A program made the translations under genes and the position numbers. Under the pieces are notes generated by a model, which saw only the letters and a program-made list of their open reading frames with translations, did not search any database and had not been told where the DNA came from. From NCBI GenBank assembly GCA_945890595.1, contig CAMDCQ010000001.1, forward strand, positions 1 through 42,176: a DNA stretch of 42,176 nucleotides, in the 5' to 3' direction. Below, in pieces: positions 1-10,488 of this stretch. The DNA comes from Chitinophaga pinensis (GTDB lineage: Bacteria > Bacteroidota > Bacteroidia > NS11-12g > UBA9320). The number at the start of each line of letters is the position of its first letter. Within the stretch, counting starts at the first letter, position 1.

Positions 1-1591
1 TAACAAATTCTAGACCTTCTTTTCCTTCATCGCCAGGTCCTATTTCAACCTGTATATCTGCGAATTTACCACGTCCACCCGATTGTTTTTTATAGGTTTC
101 TCTGTGTGTAACAGACTTAGTGATAGTTTCTTTGTAGGCTACTTGTGGAGCACCTTGGTTAACTTCAACCTTAAACTCACGTCGAAGGCGATCAACTATA
201 ATCTCTAAGTGAAGCTCACCCATACCCGAAATAACCGTTTGACCTGTTTCTACATCCGTTTTTACAACAAACGTAGGATCCTCCTCAGCAAGCTTACCAA
301 GACCCATACCTAGTCTATCCATGTCACCTTGAGTTTTAGGCTCAATAGCTACACCGATAACTGGATCTGGGAAATCCATAGATTCTAATACGATAGGTGC
401 ATTTTCAGCACAAAGCGTATCTCCTGTTCTGATATCTTTAAACCCAATAAGAGCTGCAATATCACCTGCTTGTAATCTCTCAATTTGGTTTTGTTTATTA
501 GCATGCATTTGGAAGATACGTGAAATACGCTCTTTCTTATCTGTTCTTGTGTTTAACACGTAAGAACCTGACTCTAACACACCACTGTATGCTCTGGTGA
601 AGCAAAGTCTTCCCACGAAAGGATCTGTAGCAATTTTGAACGCTAAAGCAGCAAATGGCTCATCCGCGCTTGGTTTTCTAAAAGTAGGCTCGTCCGTCTT
701 AGGATTGATACCTTCAATTGCTTCAACATCCATAGGAGACGGAAGAATTTCCATAACCATGTCAAGCATCGCTTGTACACCTTTATTTTTAAATGCAGAA
801 CCGCACATCATTGGTACAACTTTACCAGCGATAGTAGCAGATCTTAATGCAGTTAATATTTCTCTTTCTGTTAATGATTCTGAATCTTCGAAATACTTAT
901 CCATAAGTGTTTCGTCGAATTCTGCAACAGCTTCAAGAAGTTCTTCTCTCAATTGTCTTGCTTCATCAACGATATCTGCTGGAATTTCTATTTCTTGAAA
1001 GGTCATACCTTGGTCTTCTTCATTCCAAGTTATACCTCTAAAGTTAATTAAATCAACAACACCAACAAAACCATCTTCAGCACCAATATTTAATTGTAGT
1101 GGTAAAGCGTGGCTGCCTAACATCTCTTTAACTTGGCTACAAACCTTTAAGAAGTCTGCACCCTGACGATCCATTTTATTTACAAATCCGATTCTTGGAA
1201 CGTTGTAATTATTGGCAAGTCTCCAGTTAGTCTCAGATTGTGGCTCAACACCATCCACTGCACTAAACAAGAAAACAAGGCCATCTAATACCCGTAATGA
1301 TCTATTAACTTCAACCGTAAAGTCAACGTGACCTGGGGTGTCAATAATATTTACGTGATATTCTTGCTCTCTGTAATTCCACTTGAGTGTAGTAGCAGCA
1401 GAAGTAATTGTGATACCTCTCTCTTGCTCTTGCTCCATCCAATCCATAGTAGCAGCACCATCGTGCACCTCTCCTATTTTGTGGCTTACACCACCATAAT
1501 AAAGGATACGCTCAGTGGTTGTAGTTTTACCTGCATCAATATGAGCAGCTATACCTATGTTTCGTGTGTATAATAAATCTCTTTTAGCCAT
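1..1591 (-). CDS. fusA: Elongation factor G, 5' partial in window (C-terminal part lies beyond base 1)
   Basis: Absent from the ORF track because it runs off the window edge. Reverse complement from ATG 1591..1589 reads [62 protein letters not shown]...[11 protein letters not shown], the translational GTPase G1-G3 motifs. The frame stays open to base 2 (...[19 protein letters not shown]). It lies 5 nt downstream of rpsG, as in the str operon. Confidence 0.95.
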   Translation of the reverse strand, partial: MAKRDLLYTRNIGIAAHIDAGKTTTTERILYYGGVSHKIGEVHDGAATMDWMEQEQERGITITSAATTLKWNYREQEYHVNIIDTPGHVDFTVEVNRSLRVLDGLVFLFSAVDGVEPQSETNWRLANNYNVPRIGFVNKMDRQGADFLKVCSQVKEMLGSHALPLQLNIGAEDGFVGVVDLINFRGITWNEEDQGMTFQEIEIPADIVDEARQLREELLEAVAEFDETLMDKYFEDSESLTEREILTALRSATIAGKVVPMMCGSAFKNKGVQAMLDMVMEILPSPMDVEAIEGINPKTDEPTFRKPSADEPFAALAFKIATDPFVGRLCFTRAYSGVLESGSYVLNTRTDKKERISRIFQMHANKQNQIERLQAGDIAALIGFKDIRTGDTLCAENAPIVLESMDFPDPVIGVAIEPKTQGDMDRLGMGLGKLAEEDPTFVVKTDVETGQTVISGMGELHLEIIVDRLRREFKVEVNQGAPQVAYKETITKSVTHRETYKKQSGGRGKFADIQVEIGPGDEGKEGLEFV

Positions 1592-1596
1592 CTTAA

Positions 1597-2067
1597 TTAT
1601 ACTCTGAAGTGAGAGAATGCTTTGTTTGCATCTGCCATCTTGTGCGTATCTTCTTTTCTTTTTACCGATGCACCTTCGCCCTTAGAAGCCGCAATTATTT
1701 CACCAGCTAATTTATTAGCCATTGATTTCTCGTTTCTTTTACGAGCAAAGTTTATCATCCATTTAATTCCCAAAGAAACTTTAAGATCTGGTTTGATTTC
1801 CATCGGTATCTGGTAAGTAGCACCACCTACTCTACGGCTTTTTACCATTACTGACGGCATAACATTATTCAACGCTTTTTTCCAAGTTTCGATTCCTGCT
1901 TCCTCTTCGATTTTAGCATCAACTAAATCAATTGCTTCGTAAAATATTTTACGAGCAGTTTCTTTTTTTCCTTGTAACATCATGTTATTGATGAACTTAG
2001 AAACCAGCTGATCGTTGAATCTAGGATCTGGACTTACTTCTCTTTTTTTAGCTCTCGACTTTCTCAT
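1597..2067 (-). CDS. rpsG: 30S ribosomal protein S7
   Basis: 156-aa ORF reading [35 protein letters not shown]...[14 protein letters not shown], typical of S7. Its ATG overlaps the rpsL stop by 1 nt (TAATG). Confidence 0.97.
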   Translation of the reverse strand: MRKSRAKKREVSPDPRFNDQLVSKFINNMMLQGKKETARKIFYEAIDLVDAKIEEEAGIETWKKALNNVMPSVMVKSRRVGGATYQIPMEIKPDLKVSLGIKWMINFARKRNEKSMANKLAGEIIAASKGEGASVKRKEDTHKMADANKAFSHFRV

Positions 2068-2450
2068 TATTTCTTAGCTGCTTTTGGACGTTTAGCTCCG
2101 TATTTACTTCTTCTTTGTGTTCTTCCTTCTACACCTGCAGTATCCAATGCGCCACGCACAATGTGATAACGTACACCTGGAAGATCTTTCACTCTACCTC
2201 CTCTAACTAGAACGATACTATGCTCCTGTAGATTATGACCTTCACCAGGAATGTAAGCGTTAACTTCATTTCCGTTAGTAAGTCTAACCCTTGCTACTTT
2301 TCTCATAGCTGAGTTTGGTTTTTTAGGAGTCGTTGTATAAACTCTTGTGCAAACACCTCGTCTCTGAGGGCAAGAGTCTAATGCTCTTGACTTGCTTTTT
2401 TTGGTGAGTTCCTTTCTCCCCTTACGTACTTGTTGTTGTATTGTAGGCAT
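2067..2450 (-). CDS. rpsL: 30S ribosomal protein S12
   Basis: 127-aa ORF with the S12 signature [22 protein letters not shown]...[15 protein letters not shown]. Confidence 0.97.
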   Translation of the reverse strand: MPTIQQQVRKGRKELTKKSKSRALDSCPQRRGVCTRVYTTTPKKPNSAMRKVARVRLTNGNEVNAYIPGEGHNLQEHSIVLVRGGRVKDLPGVRYHIVRGALDTAGVEGRTQRRSKYGAKRPKAAKK

Positions 2451-2480
2451 ATGTTTCTATCCAATTTCTAAAAAGGTCTG

Positions 2481-2510
2481 CAAAAGTAGTATTAATCTAT
2501 AAGTTTGCAA
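2481..2510 (-). promoter_or_regulatory. Putative Bacteroidota sigma-A promoter of rpsL-rpsG-fusA
   Basis: Minus strand reads TTG-caaacttatagattaatac(19 nt)-TACTTTTG, an exact fit to TTG-N19-TAnnTTTG. The -7 box ends about 30 nt upstream of the rpsL ATG. Confidence 0.5.
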
Positions 2511-2639
2511 GAGCTAATTTGAAAAAAAAGGAATAATATTTTTCGTGTGTCATTTTAATCAAAGTAACGCACATTATATATTCTCCAATTAACGTACTTT
2601 AGCACGCTAAAATATGAATCAATATCAAGCTATAGCTTA

Positions 2640-3542
2640 ATGTACGATCTTACATACCTCAAAAATAAAAATGTGGATAAGCATAAGTGGAATGCATTAG
2701 TTCTGGCAAGCCACGACTCATTAATTTTTCACAATTATGATTACCTAAATGCATTTTGCGTTTGGGATGCGATAATTTTAGAGGATTATGCTGGAGTTAT
2801 ACCTCTTCCACGAATGGAAATGACCGGATATTTAAAACTATATCAACCGCCATTCATCCAAAAATGTAACTGGATAGGAGCAGCACTTACCCCTGAACTA
2901 ATAGCGCAAATATGGCACATGATAAAATCAAAATTCGCTCATGTACACTTTAACAGCAATATTGAATTTAGTAATTTATCTAGCCCTCGGATTAATTTAA
3001 TACTTCCTATAACTACACTAGGAAAAAACCAAAAAGAATACTCCAAAAGTTTACGAAAAAATATACTCAAGGCAACAACGCTCCGTTTAATTACGGATCA
3101 AAGTATGGTGACACAAACAACTGAGTTTTATCAAAAGGCATACGGACATCTTAATAAACAACTAGATAAGCAGGCTTATGCCAATTTGATTTTACTGGTT
3201 AACACGAAGCCTGAAATGTTTTTTAACTGTATGGTTTCATACCATGACAAGACTGTAGCAGCATTATTATTTGCAAACTACAACAATAGGCTTCACTATA
3301 TTCTAGGGGCTCCTAATGAAGAAGGCAGGAAGCTAAATGCATTATCTTTCGGAATTAATGAAGTGATATCTAGATTTCAAAGTCAAAACTACATTCTTGA
3401 CTTTGAAGGTTCCATGATCCCTAGTGTAAAAGAATATTATTTGTCATTTGGCAGTTTTGACGAGCCATTTTATGAAACCAATTGGTGTACACCTTGGCTC
3501 AAATTGCTACTTAAAGCCTACAAAAGACTAAAAAGATCATAG
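2640..3542 (+). CDS. Uncharacterised 300-aa protein; tentatively a FemAB/GNAT-fold (BioF2-like) acyltransferase-family protein
   Basis: Long ORF with ATG start, non-repetitive composition and no competing ORF. The family call rests only on remembered resemblance of the C-terminal half (LHYILGA...GRKLNA...) to FemAB-like GNAT proteins. No catalytic motif was verified. Confidence 0.4.
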   Translation: MYDLTYLKNKNVDKHKWNALVLASHDSLIFHNYDYLNAFCVWDAIILEDYAGVIPLPRMEMTGYLKLYQPPFIQKCNWIGAALTPELIAQIWHMIKSKFAHVHFNSNIEFSNLSSPRINLILPITTLGKNQKEYSKSLRKNILKATTLRLITDQSMVTQTTEFYQKAYGHLNKQLDKQAYANLILLVNTKPEMFFNCMVSYHDKTVAALLFANYNNRLHYILGAPNEEGRKLNALSFGINEVISRFQSQNYILDFEGSMIPSVKEYYLSFGSFDEPFYETNWCTPWLKLLLKAYKRLKRS

Positions 3543-4231
3543 GTCAAAGGGCTGTCAGACGTGAAGCCTTCTCCAAATTCAACTTCAATAGCGGCTCCCA
3601 TTTCTCTCCCTCGTGCTTCCACAAACTTTAAAAATTTCTCAGAACTAATCAGCGTATCGGGTTCATTAGACTCTGGATTAAAAAATTGTGTTTTGTATGC
3701 ACGTATACTCTCATTCTTTTTCTCCTGAAAAGGCGTAACATCTATTACAAAGTGTGGGGAAACATGATAATATTGGATGTAATGAAACACATGATTTGGT
3801 CTCCAACTTCCTTGCTCACCATTTTCGTCTTCTGTGATTATTTTTTTCAAACCGGCTAAAAAGCAAGCCTCTTTGACTAGCTGTGCTCCCCGTGCATGAT
3901 CTGTGTGCCTGTCGTGGAATGAGTTAGCCAAAACGACTGTCGGTTGGTGCTTTCGGATAGCTTTAATTACAGCCAATCTATTGTCTTGATTTATTTCAAA
4001 TGAGCCGTCACCTAAATCCAAATTATCTCGTACATCCAACTCTAGTATAGATGAGGCATCAGCAGCCTCCTGCTTCCTAGTAAGATCGGTCCCACGTGTA
4101 CCCATCTCCCCTTTAGTCAAATCAATAATGCCTATTTTTTTACCTTGAGCTTTTAATTTTAACAAGGTGCCAGAGCAGCCTAATTCTACATCGTCGGGAT
4201 GCGCCCCGAAAGCCAATACGTCTATTTTCAT
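3518..4231 (-). CDS. bshB1: PIG-L/LmbE-family N-acetylglucosaminide deacetylase, BshB1-like (bacillithiol biosynthesis)
   Basis: MKIDVLAFGAHPDDVELGCSGTLLKL...HDRHTDHARGAQLV carries the AHPDD and HxDH zinc-site motifs of the LmbE/BshB family. Length and layout match BshB1. Confidence 0.7.
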   Translation of the reverse strand: MKIDVLAFGAHPDDVELGCSGTLLKLKAQGKKIGIIDLTKGEMGTRGTDLTRKQEAADASSILELDVRDNLDLGDGSFEINQDNRLAVIKAIRKHQPTVVLANSFHDRHTDHARGAQLVKEACFLAGLKKIITEDENGEQGSWRPNHVFHYIQYYHVSPHFVIDVTPFQEKKNESIRAYKTQFFNPESNEPDTLISSEKFLKFVEARGREMGAAIEVEFGEGFTSDSPLTYDLFSLL

Positions 4232-4250
4232 ATTTATGAGGGCCTAAGCC

Positions 4251-4823
4251 TTACTCTAATTTTGCATTTTTAATTATATACTCTATTTGATAGTCCTCTA
4301 TGGGATCAAATTTGGTGTCTATATCCGCATTATAAAATTTCGCCCAAAGTCCGTAAAACATCGTGCTTGCACTTCCTCTGTATTTTTTCAGTATTTCATA
4401 GGAGGTATTCCCCGTTTCTCTATGAATTAGTTTTATAAGGAGTTTTCCCTGCTTGAGGCTTAGGTTTTTCAGATGAGAGAGAAATTCATCTTTTATAGCT
4501 TCTTCAGTAGCTTTTATATACTTCTTTTTTGCTTTAGCCGAGGTAAGTTGATTTAGATTATCCTCCATCATTTGCAGTCTAAAAGCCGCCAACTTAGCGT
4601 ATGGCATCACTTTTTTAACATTTCGAACCAACCTTAGATACTCTTCTTTTTGCTCCTTGTTATCAAACTCATTTAGTATAAATTCGTCAAAAGTATATAC
4701 ATAGAAAGTATCTCCATCCATGACCATTTTGCGCAAAATAATAGCAGAATCCGCGCTTTTTTTCTGTGCATTTGCACTAAACAGAATACTGCTAAAGACT
4801 AGAAAAGTTATTACCTTCTTCAT
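4251..4823 (-). CDS. Secreted DUF4294-like protein
   Basis: N-terminal signal peptide (MKKVITFLVFSSILFSANA). Central ...LKQGKLLIKLIHRETGNTSYEILKKYRG... resembles the Bacteroidota DUF4294 family as I recall it. Confidence 0.55.
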   Translation of the reverse strand: MKKVITFLVFSSILFSANAQKKSADSAIILRKMVMDGDTFYVYTFDEFILNEFDNKEQKEEYLRLVRNVKKVMPYAKLAAFRLQMMEDNLNQLTSAKAKKKYIKATEEAIKDEFLSHLKNLSLKQGKLLIKLIHRETGNTSYEILKKYRGSASTMFYGLWAKFYNADIDTKFDPIEDYQIEYIIKNAKLE

Positions 4824-4859
4824 TGTACAAAGATACTAAAACTCTGCTCCTTATCCTTT

Positions 4860-5573
4860 TTATAAACGAAGAAGTTCAGAAAGGATTTCAACAGATTTCA
4901 TTTTTTTGTTCTTTGTAATATGGTATTGATAATATTTAATCAGTTGATTTAGCCCTTCTCTACGCAGATCAGAGTTTATCGAAATCAAAGACCAATTGCT
5001 ATTGTTGGCAAGTAATGAAATGAGCTCAGAAATCTCTTTAGAAACCGTACTCACGCCGCTTTTTTCCACAAATATTCCTTCTTCAAGACTTAGGTATGGG
5101 GTATCTATAGAAAACTCTCCCTGTGGTTCTACGCCCAAATAATATGTGAGTCTAAGCATGAAGTGAATTGGAAATAATGCGTTGAGTGGCTCACGCTCTA
5201 AAAAAATAATTTGTGCTGCGATGAAGTCAAACAATTCTTCTTCATATTGTTCGTCTACAATGCATTGATTGAGCAACTCAAGTAAAAAAAGAGCTACCGT
5301 TTTTTTAGGAACACTGTCCTGAATATCCATTAACAGGGGATTATTCTTCAATTCTTTTATCCTGTTAATACTGCTATTAGGTTTTTCGTAAATATCTAGA
5401 TCTACCAAACTAAGCGGCTGAATCATAGATGGTTTAATGGCAGATTTTCCTTTTCGAATGCTCTGTAAAATATAGGTTCTTACCCCAAATTCTCGGGTAT
5501 ACATTTTACTAATAATACTACTTTCACCATAATTGGTGTTGCGCAATACAATCGCTTTGGTTTTGGTAATCAT
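4860..5573 (-). CDS. recO: DNA repair protein RecO
   Basis: MITKTKAIVLRNTNYGESSIISKMYTREFGVRTYILQSIRKGKS is a typical RecO OB-fold N-terminus. 237 aa. Its ATG overlaps the stop of the upstream gene (TAATG). Confidence 0.85.
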   Translation of the reverse strand: MITKTKAIVLRNTNYGESSIISKMYTREFGVRTYILQSIRKGKSAIKPSMIQPLSLVDLDIYEKPNSSINRIKELKNNPLLMDIQDSVPKKTVALFLLELLNQCIVDEQYEEELFDFIAAQIIFLEREPLNALFPIHFMLRLTYYLGVEPQGEFSIDTPYLSLEEGIFVEKSGVSTVSKEISELISLLANNSNWSLISINSDLRREGLNQLIKYYQYHITKNKKMKSVEILSELLRL

Positions 5574-7825
5574 TACCTCACGATAAGCAGTTTAGTCACT
5601 AGTGCTTCTTCGTCATCCTTGTTGGCGCTGTAAATCAGATAAATTCCTGTTTGTGGCTTTTGTCCCTCAAAGTTTAATCCGTTCCATACGGCGGTACCGC
5701 CGGTGGCGATCAGTTCATACACAACACGACCAGCGACATCTGCTATTTTTACTGTCGCATCCTCAGGCAAACCGGTAATCGTTATGGGCCCTTGATACGT
5801 AGAGTGAACAGGATTGGGAAACACTAATGTATTTTGATGCGTATTACTTGCTTCTGTGGCATCTCCTCTATACGATGTTATGCCTTGGGTAGTTCCAAAG
5901 AACACTTCACCTGTATTGGGAACTATGCCAATACAATTCACTATATCACTGGGCAACGGACTATTACTCGCCGTAAAATGTTTCAAAATACGTGACCCAT
6001 CTTCTGCAATGAGCCATACTCCATTGTTTGTAGCAGCCCATTTTCTATTCCCGCCATCTACCTTAAGGTCATTTATAACCTCTTTTTCAAGTAGGTATCC
6101 AATGTCACTTCCATCATCAATAATGATTTGTTGTGCGTCTGCATTTATTCTTTGCTGTGGATTAAAGACTAAGCTTGGTTGATAAAACACCCCAATTCCT
6201 GTTTCTGTTCCTACCCAAATTTCTCCGTCTTTATCCCGTACTATGGCCTTAACATTATTATTAGGCAACCCGCCATTTTTAGCACCCGTAGTGAGAGGTC
6301 TATACTCTATCCCCCCATTACTCTTCTCTTTAGCGACCACAAGGCCAAGGCTACTAGAACGTGGTGCTAGCATCCAAATATTATCTTGATCATCGACTAC
6401 CATCTCCCCAATTCTGTTGGAACCAACATTATATTCCTTCCAGCTGCCATCCTTTTTTAGCGATAAAAGTGGTTTCTCTGTTTCGTAGTTGGCTACCCAC
6501 AAGGTTCCTTTTGAATCTTGGGTCATGCCTAATGCTATTTCTCTTGTGTCTACCGCTGCTTTTATCGTACTATTAGCAGAAGTAAATTTTTGATCTGGTA
6601 CCTTGTTTTTAAGTTTTGCTAATCCGCTTCCAAAACTACCTAGATAGACATCTCCACTATTTTGATTAATATAAATAGTGGTAAAATCAATCATACTACC
6701 TACTACTGGATTATTAAGATCTCTATTGAGCCATTGTCCGTCTTCGTATATGTAGTAACCATAGTTTACATAAGACGGAGCATATGCGTTAGTATGGCCT
6801 CCCGCTGTTACGTACATGGTATTCTCATACCCTTGCATGTCATAGGTCGTCAAGCCATAGGGTCCTGGAGGTATAAACCCGTCTATCCTTCCGTCTGGCC
6901 ATTTTTTAATGAGCCCCCTATAAAAACCACCAAACCATAAATTATTTTGATAATCTATGATTGCATATTCCATAAACGGCTCCTTCTTTTCTTCCAGCTT
7001 AAAGAGCTTATCTAAGAGTGCCACTCCCTCCCAACGGCAAATCACCAATTTGTCATGCGCCGTTATTAAACTTTTATAGTCTTTTTTAACGCCGGCTTCT
7101 ACCGTTGAATAACTGCCGTTTGCGTAATTGTACAAGATACTATCGTTTACGAAAAACAAATTGTTGTTAAATTCTCGCATTAGGCGAGTAGATTTATAGG
7201 TCGTATTTGTTTTCCACGTTTCAAAATTTTGAAGATTTACTCGGCTATCATAGGCAGGTGCAGATTTTATACCTTCATCTGTAGCTAGGTAAAGGGTATC
7301 ATTAAAGACAAAAATCGAAAATACTTCCAACGTAGTACCGCCAGCACCTAGGTTTTGATAATCTGCTGAAATGAGTTGCTTTTCTAAATCAACCACAACT
7401 ACTCCAAATGATGTGGCTAAATATGCTTTACGACCAATTACAGAAGTTTCGTAGATAAACTTTTGGCCTCCAATACTAGCTCTTTTTAGACCTGGCAAGT
7501 TGATGATTTTATTGTCCTTTAATAAATCAATATTCCCGTTTTCATATACTATGATTAGGGTTTTAGTATCATCAGAGTAGCCAAAATTACTCACTTTTGA
7601 TTCTGCAAATCCATCTACTTTGGTAAGCATTGTAGATTCCCCACTAACTAAATCAAATGTATAAAGCCCAACTTCAGCCAGCACATAAAGGGTTCTATCT
7701 ACTTCTATTATTTGCCTTACACTGTTATAAGGCAGATGCATACGCCAGGTATAGGTAGGGGTATTATTTTGAGCAAAGAGACTGAGCCCTAGTAAGAAAA
7801 AATAAAAACTGTAGATTAACCTCAT
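5573..7825 (-). CDS. Beta-propeller (two-component-regulator propeller repeat) protein with T9SS C-terminal sorting domain; PorZ-like
   Basis: Signal peptide MRLIYSFYFFLLGLSLFAQ. Repeated Reg_prop-like blades (NLWFGG, GTLWVAN, DNIWMLA, GEIWVGTETGIGVF, NRKWAATNNGVWLI, GEVFFGTTQGITSY). C-terminal about 80 aa (TLVFPNPV...GIYLIYS...LLIVR) looks like a type A T9SS CTD. Size and architecture match PorZ. Confidence 0.6.
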   Translation of the reverse strand: MRLIYSFYFFLLGLSLFAQNNTPTYTWRMHLPYNSVRQIIEVDRTLYVLAEVGLYTFDLVSGESTMLTKVDGFAESKVSNFGYSDDTKTLIIVYENGNIDLLKDNKIINLPGLKRASIGGQKFIYETSVIGRKAYLATSFGVVVVDLEKQLISADYQNLGAGGTTLEVFSIFVFNDTLYLATDEGIKSAPAYDSRVNLQNFETWKTNTTYKSTRLMREFNNNLFFVNDSILYNYANGSYSTVEAGVKKDYKSLITAHDKLVICRWEGVALLDKLFKLEEKKEPFMEYAIIDYQNNLWFGGFYRGLIKKWPDGRIDGFIPPGPYGLTTYDMQGYENTMYVTAGGHTNAYAPSYVNYGYYIYEDGQWLNRDLNNPVVGSMIDFTTIYINQNSGDVYLGSFGSGLAKLKNKVPDQKFTSANSTIKAAVDTREIALGMTQDSKGTLWVANYETEKPLLSLKKDGSWKEYNVGSNRIGEMVVDDQDNIWMLAPRSSSLGLVVAKEKSNGGIEYRPLTTGAKNGGLPNNNVKAIVRDKDGEIWVGTETGIGVFYQPSLVFNPQQRINADAQQIIIDDGSDIGYLLEKEVINDLKVDGGNRKWAATNNGVWLIAEDGSRILKHFTASNSPLPSDIVNCIGIVPNTGEVFFGTTQGITSYRGDATEASNTHQNTLVFPNPVHSTYQGPITITGLPEDATVKIADVAGRVVYELIATGGTAVWNGLNFEGQKPQTGIYLIYSANKDDEEALVTKLLIVR

Positions 7826-7937
7826 TTAATTAGAATAGACAAAACTAACGATTAGTATCACTGTTTTGTTATCGTGCAGCGTAAAATTACGATATAATGC
7901 ACATACTCTAAAAAGAGTCTTAATTTTGCTCCGTTTT

Positions 7938-8828
7938 ATGAAAAATAACATAGAAAACAAACCCCACGTTAAGATAAAACAGCAACAGCGTATGAAACCA
8001 GATTGGCTTAAGACCCAAATACCTGGAGAAGGACATTATGCTGAAATGCTGAAGTTGGTAAAAGACAATAAATTACACACCATTTGCGAAAGTGGTAAAT
8101 GCCCCAATATTGGGGAATGTTGGGGAGCGGGTACTGCTACTTTTATGATTGGCGGGAATACCTGTACCAGAAGCTGTCAGTTTTGTAATGTTGCTACTGG
8201 CGCTGGCGAGAAACTTGATCCTCTTGAGCCATTTAAGGTTGCACAGTCTATTAATATAATGGGCATAAAACACGCTGTGATAACCAGTGTAGACCGCGAT
8301 GATTTAGAAGATGGAGGAAGTATACATTGGGCTAAAACCGTTACGACCATTAGAGAGTTTAATCCAGAAACTACACTTGAAACCTTGATCCCCGATTTTC
8401 AAGGGAATACAGAGCAGTTAGATCGTATTATTTCTGTTCATCCTGAAATAGTTTCGCACAATATTGAAACGGTAAGACGTCTTACCAAAGAAGTTAGGGT
8501 ACAAGCAAAATATGATAGATCACTCTTTGTACTCTCATATCTTAAAGAGAAAGGTATGAAAACCAAAAGTGGCATTATGTGCGGAATGGGTGAAGCAGAA
8601 GATGAAATTTTGGAAACCATGCACGATTTAAGAAACTCCGGTGTAGGAATCATAACACTTGGTCAATATATGCAACCCACTACACGACATTTAAAAGTAG
8701 CTGAATATGTGCATCCTGACATTTTTGCGATGTACAAAAGAGAAGGTCAGAAAATGGGATTTGACTATATAGAAAGTGGACCACTAGTTCGTTCTAGTTA
8801 CCACGCCGAAAAGCATCTTTCTAAGTAA
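7938..8828 (+). CDS. lipA: Lipoyl synthase
   Basis: Radical-SAM CTRSCQFC motif plus N-terminal CESGKCPNIGEC cluster. ATG at 7938 (MKNNIENKPH...) is preferred over the tracked TTG at 7866, which adds an unconserved, non-protein-like 24 aa. Confidence 0.93.
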   Translation: MKNNIENKPHVKIKQQQRMKPDWLKTQIPGEGHYAEMLKLVKDNKLHTICESGKCPNIGECWGAGTATFMIGGNTCTRSCQFCNVATGAGEKLDPLEPFKVAQSINIMGIKHAVITSVDRDDLEDGGSIHWAKTVTTIREFNPETTLETLIPDFQGNTEQLDRIISVHPEIVSHNIETVRRLTKEVRVQAKYDRSLFVLSYLKEKGMKTKSGIMCGMGEAEDEILETMHDLRNSGVGIITLGQYMQPTTRHLKVAEYVHPDIFAMYKREGQKMGFDYIESGPLVRSSYHAEKHLSK

Positions 8829-8837
8829 TGATTACTC

Positions 8838-9560
8838 TTATTTTAACGCAGAGATGCGTTTGAAGCGAAGACTTATTACACCAAACAGTGCCTCGCGAAT
8901 AATTCCGCCCGTCATTTTAGATTCTCCGGCGGTTCTATCCGTAAAAATAATGGGGATTTCTTTGATTGTTTTACCCAAGGAATGCGCAGTGTATTTCATT
9001 TCTATTTGAAATGCGTAACCTCTAAATTTAATTCTAGACATGTCTATACTACTGAGTAATTCACTGGTATATCCGACAAAACCAGCAGTGGCGTCTGCTA
9101 ATTTCATTTGAGTAAAAAATCGCACATAAGCGGAAGCAAAATAGCTTAATAAAACTCGACTCATAGGCCAGTTTACCACATTTACTACATTACCTACGTA
9201 GCGAGACCCTACCACCATATCGTTATCTGGCTTTTGCAATTCATCATGTAACCGGATTAAATCATCAGGGTTATGTGAAAAATCACAATCCATCTCAAAG
9301 ATATATTCATAATTTCGCTCCAAACACCATTTAAATCCTGCGATGTAAGCTGTTCCTAGTCCATTTTTATTTCCGTTTTCGAGGAGGTTTATTCTGGATT
9401 CGTTTGCCATTCGCTCTTTAACCATTTGAGCAGTGCCGTCTGGAGAATTATCATCAACTACGAGCACATCAAAAACCGTTGATAAAGACATTACTTTGTC
9501 TAACATAGCGAGAATATTTTCCTTCTCGTTATAGGTCGGTATGATAACTATAGGGTTCAA
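8838..9560 (-). CDS. GT2-family polyprenol/dolichol-phosphate mannose synthase-like glycosyltransferase
   Basis: MNPIVIIPTYNEKENI...VLVVDDNSPDGT...EMDCDFSHNP is the DPM1-like GT2 signature. The start codon is TTG. Confidence 0.8.
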   Translation of the reverse strand: MNPIVIIPTYNEKENILAMLDKVMSLSTVFDVLVVDDNSPDGTAQMVKERMANESRINLLENGNKNGLGTAYIAGFKWCLERNYEYIFEMDCDFSHNPDDLIRLHDELQKPDNDMVVGSRYVGNVVNVVNWPMSRVLLSYFASAYVRFFTQMKLADATAGFVGYTSELLSSIDMSRIKFRGYAFQIEMKYTAHSLGKTIKEIPIIFTDRTAGESKMTGGIIREALFGVISLRFKRISALK

Positions 9561-9696
9561 ATTAAGGTGACTGGATTAAATAAGTTCTCTTCTAAAAAAC
9601 GATAAGTCGTATTAGGTAACGAAACAATACTGATATTAATATATTAAATCGGCGGAATATTTATATGAATGAGTGTATTCGTGTTCTCTTAAAAAA

Positions 9697-10353
9697 TCAA
9701 CTATTGGCTTTATTGTGATCGGCCAGAAACTGAGCTAATCCAATATCAGTTAATGGGTGCTTTGCTAGACCTATAATTGCACTAAGTGGGCATGTACATA
9801 CATCTGCTCCAGCTTCTGCCGCTCTTACTATGTGCAAAGGATTTCGAATGGATGCCGCTAGAATTTCTGTTGGGAAACCTTGAATACTATATATATCTGC
9901 GATTTGAGCAATCAGCTCAATACCATCCCATGTCATGTCATCTACTCGACCAATAAATGGAGAAATATAAGTAGCTCCCGCTTTTGCCGCAAGAATGGCT
10001 TGACCTGCAGAGAATACCAGTGTGCAATTTGTTTTTATATCATTATCACTAAACCATCGGATAGCTTTAATACCATCTATGGTCATAGGCACTTTTACTA
10101 CGATATTGGGATGTAGATCTGCCAATTCTTGACCTTCTTTAATCATACCATCATAATCGGTAGCAATAACTTCCGCACTAATATCGCCGTCTACCAACTC
10201 ACAAATAGTTCTGTAGTGTGCCATTACATTATCGTAACCCACAATACCTTCTTTAGCCATAAGTGATGGATTAGTAGTAACACCATCCAGTATTCCAAGT
10301 GCTTGAGCTTCTTTTATTTGCTCCAAGTTCGCAGTATCAACAAAAAATTTCAT
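9697..10353 (-). CDS. fsa: Fructose-6-phosphate aldolase / type 3B transaldolase
   Basis: MKFFVDTANLEQIKEAQALGILDGVTTNPSL...VVKVPMT...TNCTLVFS is the classical short transaldolase/FSA family sequence. 218 aa. Confidence 0.9.
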   Translation of the reverse strand: MKFFVDTANLEQIKEAQALGILDGVTTNPSLMAKEGIVGYDNVMAHYRTICELVDGDISAEVIATDYDGMIKEGQELADLHPNIVVKVPMTIDGIKAIRWFSDNDIKTNCTLVFSAGQAILAAKAGATYISPFIGRVDDMTWDGIELIAQIADIYSIQGFPTEILAASIRNPLHIVRAAEAGADVCTCPLSAIIGLAKHPLTDIGLAQFLADHNKANS

Positions 10354-10488
10354 TAGGGCGAAGATATAGTTTTGGTTGGGGAGTTCTCTATTTTACCGCT
10401 ATAAATTTAAAAATAGAAATGACCATAACACCTCAGGTTGGATGCTAAGCAATAGAAGAATAATAAAGTTGAAGTGTAATTTGAGGAT

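Noticed and set aside
597-1573. Plus-strand ORFs 597..998 (133 aa) and 1328..1573 (81 aa)
   Set aside because: Both lie antisense inside the clearly coding fusA frame. They have low-complexity Ser/Ile-rich sequences and no recognisable motifs.
7866-7937. TTG-initiated 24-aa N-terminal extension of lipA
   Set aside because: The extension (MLSCSVKLRYNAHTLKRVLILLRF) is not part of any lipoyl synthase I know. ATG 7938 gives a normal N-terminus, and a -7-like box (TAATTTTG) lies inside the extension.
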